A stretch of DNA of 64,000 bases from Candidatus Eiseniibacteriota bacterium. Lineage in GTDB: Bacteria; Eisenbacteria; RBG-16-71-46; CAIMUX01; VGJL01. Of this stretch, positions 58,700 through 64,000 are shown one piece after another. Under the pieces are notes generated by a model that worked only from the letters and a program-made list of their open reading frames with translations, was not told the origin of the DNA and did no database searches. The stretch covers positions 224,001 through 288,000 of the forward strand of contig JBHGAY010000001.1 in the NCBI GenBank assembly GCA_041946735.1, read 5' to 3'. A program made the translations under genes and the position numbers. Position 1 is the first letter of the stretch, and every line of letters starts with the position of its first letter.

Positions 58700-59776
58700 C
58701 TACGCCGCGAGGCGCGGCTTCGGTGCGAGCAGCGCCAGAAACGGCTCTTTCACTTGCGCCTGCACGACTGCGTCCTCGGCGCGCACGGTCCCGTCCTTGA
58801 CGAGCTGCATCAGGTGAGCGTCGAGAAGCTGCATCCCGTCCTTCTTCCCGGTCTGCATCAGGGTGGGAATCTGAAACGTCTTGCGCTCGCGGACCAGCGA
58901 GGAGATCGCCGTCGTCGAGATCAGGATCTCCACCGCCGCAACCCGTCCCTCGCCGTCGGCCCGACGCACGAGCCTCTGCGCGACGACGCCGCGCAGGCTC
59001 TCCGCCAGCATCACCCGGATCTGCGCCTGCTTCTCCTCGGTGAACGCGTCGATGATCCGGTCGACCGTCTGCGCGGCGCTCGCCGTGTGCAGCGTCCCGA
59101 GGACGAGCTGGCCGGTTTCGGCTGCGGTGATCGCGAGCTGCATCGTCTCGAGATCGCGCATCTCTCCCACGAGGATGATGTCCGGATCTTCGCGGAGCGC
59201 GGCGCGCAACGCCGATGCGAAGCTGACCGCCGAGACGCCGATCTCGCGATGATTGATCAGGCAGCGCGCGTTCTTGTGCACGAACTCGACCGGATCCTCG
59301 ATCGTGATGATGTGCCTCCGCTGCCGCTGATTGATGTGGTGGAGCAGCGCGGCGAGCGTGGAGGACTTCCCGCTCCCCGGCGGGCCGGTCACCACCACGA
59401 GCCCCTTGCTGAGGTCGGCGAAGCGGGCGATCTGCTCGGGCAGTCCCAGCTCCTCGAGGGAGAAGATCTGCGTCGGGAGGAGCCGGAAGGCGCCCGCGAT
59501 GCCACGGAGCTGCTCGAAGACGTTGCAGCGCACTCGCAGCTCCCCGGGCAGCTCGTAGGCGAAGTCGATGTCGCGGTCGCGCTCGAAGTGCTCGCGCTGC
59601 TCCTCGGTCATCATCTCGAGCAACAGGCGGCGGGCCTGATCTCCGGATAACTCCGGATGGGCGACCGGGAAGAGATCGCCGTGCAGGCGAAGCATCGGGA
59701 CCGAGCCGGTGGAGATGTGGAGGTCGGACGCCCCCTGCTCCTTCACCATCCGGAAGATCGCGTCGATCCGTGCCGT
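58700..59776 (-). CDS. pilT: Type IV pilus retraction ATPase PilT (start non-canonical or frameshifted)
   Basis: GASDLHI, GPPGSGKS, ITIEDPVE, ALREDPDIILVGEMRD, AAETGQLVLGTLHT and GMQLLD. Confidence 0.93.
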   Translation of the reverse strand, partial: TARIDAIFRMVKEQGASDLHISTGSVPMLRLHGDLFPVAHPELSGDQARRLLLEMMTEEQREHFERDRDIDFAYELPGELRVRCNVFEQLRGIAGAFRLLPTQIFSLEELGLPEQIARFADLSKGLVVVTGPPGSGKSSTLAALLHHINQRQRRHIITIEDPVEFVHKNARCLINHREIGVSAVSFASALRAALREDPDIILVGEMRDLETMQLAITAAETGQLVLGTLHTASAAQTVDRIIDAFTEEKQAQIRVMLAESLRGVVAQRLVRRADGEGRVAAVEILISTTAISSLVRERKTFQIPTLMQTGKKDGMQLLDAHLMQLVKDGTVRAEDAVVQAQVKEPFLALLAPKPRLAA

Positions 59777-59928
59777 CTGCCCCTCCTGGCCGCTCCGGCC
59801 GCCGGGCGGCCGGGCGCCCCATGGTTCCTCCGGAGCGCCGAAACCGCTCCTTCGTAGATCGACCCTTTCGGCCGGCGGATTGACGGATTCGAGCCTTGGG
59901 CTCCCAACGGCGGGCGGCAAGCGCGCCA

Positions 59929-59983
59929 GGGACCGCCAGGACGCCCGGGACCCCAGGACGCCCGGGACCGCCAGGACGCCCGG
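59929..59983. repeat. 17/18-bp tandem repeat GGGACC(G)CCAGGACGCCC x3 in the divergent pilT / DUF1003 region
   Basis: Read directly from the sequence. Confidence 0.78.
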
Positions 59984-60101
59984 CCCCCCAGGGCCCGTCG
60001 AGGGGCCCGGCCAGGCGGAGCCGGCGGCGGCGGAAGTTGGCGCGGGGACGCGCATCGGCGAGAATCGAAGGGATGGTGAGGGGGGCCATCCCGGAGGACC
60101 G

Positions 60102-60944
60102 ATGCGCTCTACGAAGGTTCCCAAGGCCTCGAAGGCCTCCCAGGCAGCGAAGACCCAGGTGGCCCAAACGGCCCAGGAGACCCAGAAGGCTCAGGAGGCC
60201 CAGAAGGCTCAGGAGGCTGAAAGGGCCCCAGAGGCTCCCGAAGCTCCCCCGCCTCCCGCTTCCGGCCGCCCTCGCCGCGCCGGCCACGCGGCCCCTCCTC
60301 CTCTCGAGCGCAACATCCGGATCCTCTCCGGGCTCCGGGTCCGGGCGAGCCGGAGCCGCGGCCCGCAAGACCGGATCGCCGACGCCGTCACCCGCTTCTC
60401 CGGCAGCATGGCGTTCGTCTGGATCCACGCCGCATGGTTTCTCTTCTGGATCCTCGCGAACACGGGACGATTTGGCGTCCGCCCGTTCGATCCGTTTCCC
60501 TATGGCCTGCTGACGATGATCGTCTCGCTCGAAGCGATCTTCCTCGCGACCTTCGTGCTGATCACACAGAACCGGCTCTCGGCTCAGGGCGATCAGCGCG
60601 CCGAGCTGGACCTGCAGATAGGGCTTCTGTCCGAACACGAGATCACGCGCGTGTTGCGCATGGTCGACGCGATCGGCAGGAAGCTGGGGGTCGAGGAGGT
60701 GGCGCAGGAAGACGTCGCCGATCTGGAGAAGGACATCCGGCCGGAGGATATCCTGCGGGAGATCGAGCGGATCGAGGAGCGGGTGCTCCACCTGCATCAC
60801 CCGCACGGCAAGGAGCACGGGGAGCACGGGGAACACGGGGAGCACGGAGAGCACGGGGAGCACGCTTCCCACGAGCACGCTCCGACCGTGCGGCAACCGC
60901 CCGGATCCGAGCAGGGCGAGATCGAGGAGCCGCGCGAAACGTGA
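60102..60944 (+). CDS. DUF1003 membrane protein with His-rich (EHG)n C-terminal tail
   Basis: DRIADAVTRFSGS..F, FDPFPYGLLTMIVSLEAIFLATFVLITQNR and SEHEIT; GGAGG RBS. Confidence 0.9.
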   Translation: MRSTKVPKASKASQAAKTQVAQTAQETQKAQEAQKAQEAERAPEAPEAPPPPASGRPRRAGHAAPPPLERNIRILSGLRVRASRSRGPQDRIADAVTRFSGSMAFVWIHAAWFLFWILANTGRFGVRPFDPFPYGLLTMIVSLEAIFLATFVLITQNRLSAQGDQRAELDLQIGLLSEHEITRVLRMVDAIGRKLGVEEVAQEDVADLEKDIRPEDILREIERIEERVLHLHHPHGKEHGEHGEHGEHGEHGEHASHEHAPTVRQPPGSEQGEIEEPRET

Positions 60945-60984
60945 TGCGCCGGCAACAGGCCGTCCGGAGGAGCGACCAGGAGCG

Positions 60985-61962
60985 ATGATCCAGATTCGGA
61001 AGGCCGCCATCTTCGGGGCAGGGGGAGCGACCGGCTACTGGATCGCCCGCGAGCTGCGGTCTCGGGGGATCCCGACGCGCGTCGTCGGGCGCGACCGCGA
61101 GCGGCTGCGCGCCCGCTTCGACGGCACGGGCGCCGAAATGGTCGCCGCGGATGTCGCCGATCTCGACGCCGCCCGCCACGCCGCCGCCGGCTGCTCGCTG
61201 CTCGTTCACTGCATCGGGCTTCCCTATCCGGAGTTTGCACGCCATCCGGTCCTCGCGCGAAGGACCGTCGAGGCGGCGCACTCCGCAGGCGCGCGCATCC
61301 TGCAGGTCAGCAGCTACTACTCCTACGAGCCGGTCGTTTCCAACCCGGTCACGGAGGCGCATCCGAGGAATCCCCGTTCCTGGATCGCTCGGATGCGGAA
61401 GGAGGCGGAGGACATCCTGCTCGACGCGGGCGCCGCGGTGACCCACCTTCCCGATTTCTATGGTCCTCAGGCGGATCTCTCGCTCGCGAACCCTGCGATC
61501 CGCGCCATCCTGCAAGGCAAGCGCGCGGATTGGATCGCCCCGCTCGACGTGCCGCGGCAGTTTCTCTTCGTTCCCGACGCCGCCCCGATTCTCGTCTCGC
61601 TCGCCCTGCGCGAGGAGGCGTACGGGCAACGTTGGAACGTCGCGACGACGGGGGCGATTCCCGCCCAGCAGTTCCTCGAGATCGCTGGCCGTCTCTCCGG
61701 CAAGCCGGTACGCGTCCGCGCGGCCGGACGGAACCTCCTTCGGATGGCGGGGCTCTTTCGCCCCTTCCTCCGTTTCCTCGCGCAGCTCTACCCGCTCTAC
61801 GCCCACCCGCCGATCCTCGACGCCTCGAAGATCGGGGCGCTCCTCGGTCCCTTCGAATCGACCCCATACGAAGAAGGGATCCGCCGGACCCTCGACTGGA
61901 TGACCGCGTCCTCCTCCGTTTCCGCCGCGACGGGGCCTGCCCCGCCGCCCGCCGATCGGTAG
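60985..61962 (+). CDS. NAD-dependent epimerase/dehydratase family protein
   Basis: IFGAGGATG Rossmann motif, CIGLPY, PDFYGP and TPYEEGI. Confidence 0.9.
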   Translation: MIQIRKAAIFGAGGATGYWIARELRSRGIPTRVVGRDRERLRARFDGTGAEMVAADVADLDAARHAAAGCSLLVHCIGLPYPEFARHPVLARRTVEAAHSAGARILQVSSYYSYEPVVSNPVTEAHPRNPRSWIARMRKEAEDILLDAGAAVTHLPDFYGPQADLSLANPAIRAILQGKRADWIAPLDVPRQFLFVPDAAPILVSLALREEAYGQRWNVATTGAIPAQQFLEIAGRLSGKPVRVRAAGRNLLRMAGLFRPFLRFLAQLYPLYAHPPILDASKIGALLGPFESTPYEEGIRRTLDWMTASSSVSAATGPAPPPADR

Positions 61963-61982
61963 AATCCCGTAGAATCGCGAGG

Positions 61983-62699
61983 ATGGAAGCGGCAAGAGAC
62001 AGAGACGGGGAAAGCCGGCGCGGCGCGGGAAGCTCGCTTCCGCAGGCTATTGAGTCGCTCCGCGACGCGCTCGCCGGGCCGCTCCCCGGGACCGCCTCCC
62101 ATGGCCTCGTCATGCCTCCCGGGCTGCCGCGGCGTGCGATCCCGGCCGGCGCCGAGTATCAGAAGGCCGCAGTGCTCCTCGCTCTCCATCCCGGAGGAGA
62201 CGGCGGGACGGATAGTTTTCGCTTTCCTCTCATCCGGCGCCCGGACGGGATCCTCCACCATCCCGGCCAGATCTCCCTGCCGGGCGGCCGCCTCGACGAG
62301 TGCGAGGAGCCACGGGTGTGCGCATTGCGCGAGGCGTGGGAGGAGGTCGGCATCGATCCCTCGGAGGTCGAGGTCCTCGGCCGCCTGACGCCGATCGCGA
62401 TTCCGGTGACGCTCTACGAGGTCGAGGCGTTCGTCGGCTGGATCCCTCGCCCGCCCCGCTTCCGCCTTCAGGAGGAGGAGGTGGCGGAGCTGCTCTCGGC
62501 CGACCCCGACCGGCTCGCCGTCGAAGGTCCCACCCTTTTCGTCGAGCGCGTGCGGGACGGCGGAAGCTTCCGCTTCCCCGCCTACGACGTAGCGGGCTGG
62601 AAGGTCTGGGGCGCGACCGCGCTCCTGCTGTCGGAATTCCTGGAGATCTGGAGGGCCCGAGTGCGGCGCGCGATGCCGCCCGGAGGGAGGAACGCGTGA
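61983..62699 (+). CDS. Nudix hydrolase, CoA pyrophosphatase (NudL/YeaB-like)
   Basis: AAVLL, HPGQISLPGG, ALREAWEEVG and KVWGATA. Confidence 0.9.
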   Translation: MEAARDRDGESRRGAGSSLPQAIESLRDALAGPLPGTASHGLVMPPGLPRRAIPAGAEYQKAAVLLALHPGGDGGTDSFRFPLIRRPDGILHHPGQISLPGGRLDECEEPRVCALREAWEEVGIDPSEVEVLGRLTPIAIPVTLYEVEAFVGWIPRPPRFRLQEEEVAELLSADPDRLAVEGPTLFVERVRDGGSFRFPAYDVAGWKVWGATALLLSEFLEIWRARVRRAMPPGGRNA

Positions 62700-63916
62700 C
62701 CGACCGCGAGACGAGCCGCGAGGCGACCGACGCTCCGGAAATTGCGCCGGGGCTGTTCCATCGATTCTTCGAGGACAGCACCGATGCGATCGTCGTCACC
62801 GATCGCGAAGGGAAGATCCTGACGGCGAACCCGGCATGGCTGTCCCTCTACGGCTACCGGCTGGAGGAAGTCGCGGGCCGGAGCACGTCGATCGTCAAGA
62901 GCCCGCACACCACGCCGGAGATGTACCGCTACATGTGGTCGAAGATCGGCGATCCGTCCCAGGGATTCTGGAAGGGGGAGATCGTCAACCGCAAACGCGA
63001 CGGCACCGAGGTCCCGGTACTGCTCACGATCACGCCGATCCGCGACCGGGACGGCGGGATCGCCGGCTACACCGGCATCGGGATCGACATGACGGAGCGG
63101 CGGCGGGCCGAGGAGATGCGCGAACTCTACGAGATGGTGGTGCGCCACGACCTGAAGACGCCGCTCGGGTCGATCCTCGCGCTCGCGGAGACGCTGCGCG
63201 AGGGATACGCGGGGCCTCTCGACGAGCGCCAGCGCGATCTCGTCTCGCGGATCGTCGGTTCGGCGCTGCGCATGCGGGAGATGATCGAGACCGGGTTGGA
63301 CCTGAAGCGCTTCGAGCGTGGAGTGCTGCGGCTGGATCCAGCGGACATCGATCTCCTCGACATCGTGCGCCGCAGCGCCGACGGATTGGCGCCTCTGGCG
63401 CGGGAGCGTGAGGTCGTGGTCGCCGTGATGGCGGGCGGCGGGCGGGCGGCGCGTCCGGAGGATCGGCTGCCGCTTCGCGCCGATCCCGTACACCTGCAGC
63501 GGGCGATCGACAACCTCGTGAAGAACGCGATCGAGGCGTCTCCGCGGGGGGGCGATGTCGTTGTGACGGCGGCGGAGGTGAAGAGGGCAGATGCGGGCCC
63601 GGGCACGAGCCCGGGCGCGAGCGCGGGCGCGGCCCCGGGCGCCGGCGCGGCCGCAAGCGCCGGCGCGGGCGCGCCCGAGGCGCGGAGGGTCCGCATTGCA
63701 GTCCACAACGGCGGGGCGCCGATCCCGCCGGACGTGCGCGCGACGCTCTTCCATCCGTTCAGCACGTACGGCAAGAGAGGCGGCACCGGCCTCGGGATCT
63801 ACGGCGTCCGCACGATCGTCGAAGCGATGGGCGGCACGGTCTCCTACGACAGCGGCGAGGACGGAACGACGTTCGAGATCGTCCTGCCGGCGGAGGCGGG
63901 CGGGGGCCTGGATTGA
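62696..63916 (+). CDS. PAS/PAC sensor histidine kinase (cytoplasmic)
   Basis: GTG start overlapping the upstream stop; PAS 'ANPAW..LYGY..EEV.G...WKGEIVNRKRDG'; RHDLKTPL, NLVKNAIEAS and GTGLG. Confidence 0.92.
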   Translation: MTDRETSREATDAPEIAPGLFHRFFEDSTDAIVVTDREGKILTANPAWLSLYGYRLEEVAGRSTSIVKSPHTTPEMYRYMWSKIGDPSQGFWKGEIVNRKRDGTEVPVLLTITPIRDRDGGIAGYTGIGIDMTERRRAEEMRELYEMVVRHDLKTPLGSILALAETLREGYAGPLDERQRDLVSRIVGSALRMREMIETGLDLKRFERGVLRLDPADIDLLDIVRRSADGLAPLAREREVVVAVMAGGGRAARPEDRLPLRADPVHLQRAIDNLVKNAIEASPRGGDVVVTAAEVKRADAGPGTSPGASAGAAPGAGAAASAGAGAPEARRVRIAVHNGGAPIPPDVRATLFHPFSTYGKRGGTGLGIYGVRTIVEAMGGTVSYDSGEDGTTFEIVLPAEAGGGLD

Positions 63917-64000
63917 CGCCGGAACGCCCCGCCGGCCTTGGCCCGCAGGGCGCGACGGTCCCTGCGATCCGCAGCTGACAATCGGTAGCCTGGGCAATCC

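Overview
A very GC-rich bacterial chromosomal segment with about 50 supportable CDS. I recognised no rRNA, tRNA, CRISPR array, transposase or prophage. Five secreted proteins end in FlgD-Ig/T9SS-like C-terminal domains and two end in a 'TTWGAVKxLFR' tail; this suggests an FCB-affiliated candidate lineage such as Ca. Eisenbacteria (inference only). Housekeeping or metabolic genes: typA (5'-truncated), an RRM RNA-binding protein, ispH, nfnAB-type electron-bifurcating transhydrogenase, mutY, pilT, a Nudix CoA pyrophosphatase and a czcCBA-type heavy-metal RND pump. Regulators: an ECF sigma/FecR-like anti-sigma pair, two NtrC-family sigma54 activators with kinases, further kinases and receivers, and a MalT-like ATPase-TPR-SARP(BTAD) protein. 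The best candidate for an undescribed system is a five-gene exopolysaccharide operon (14703->9852). Its first gene has a BcsE-like tripartite architecture: a KaiC/RecA ATPase with intact Walker A, an intact receiver, and a degenerate GGDEF with an RxxD I-site. It is followed by a TPR/beta-barrel exporter, a PilZ-less processive GT2 synthase and two small single-pass membrane proteins. Other notable observations: three sigma54 promoters, one upstream of a DUF4398 / L,D-transpeptidase / putative dead L,D-transpeptidase operon; a DUF4388-pseudo-PilT fusion beside a pilT whose start is ACG or frameshifted; a six-heme cytochrome with a secretion tail; a Cys/His leader ORF before czcCBA; a frameshifted spondin-domain gene; and several intergenic short tandem repeat arrays. 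All family calls come from motif recognition by eye; no database searches were run.
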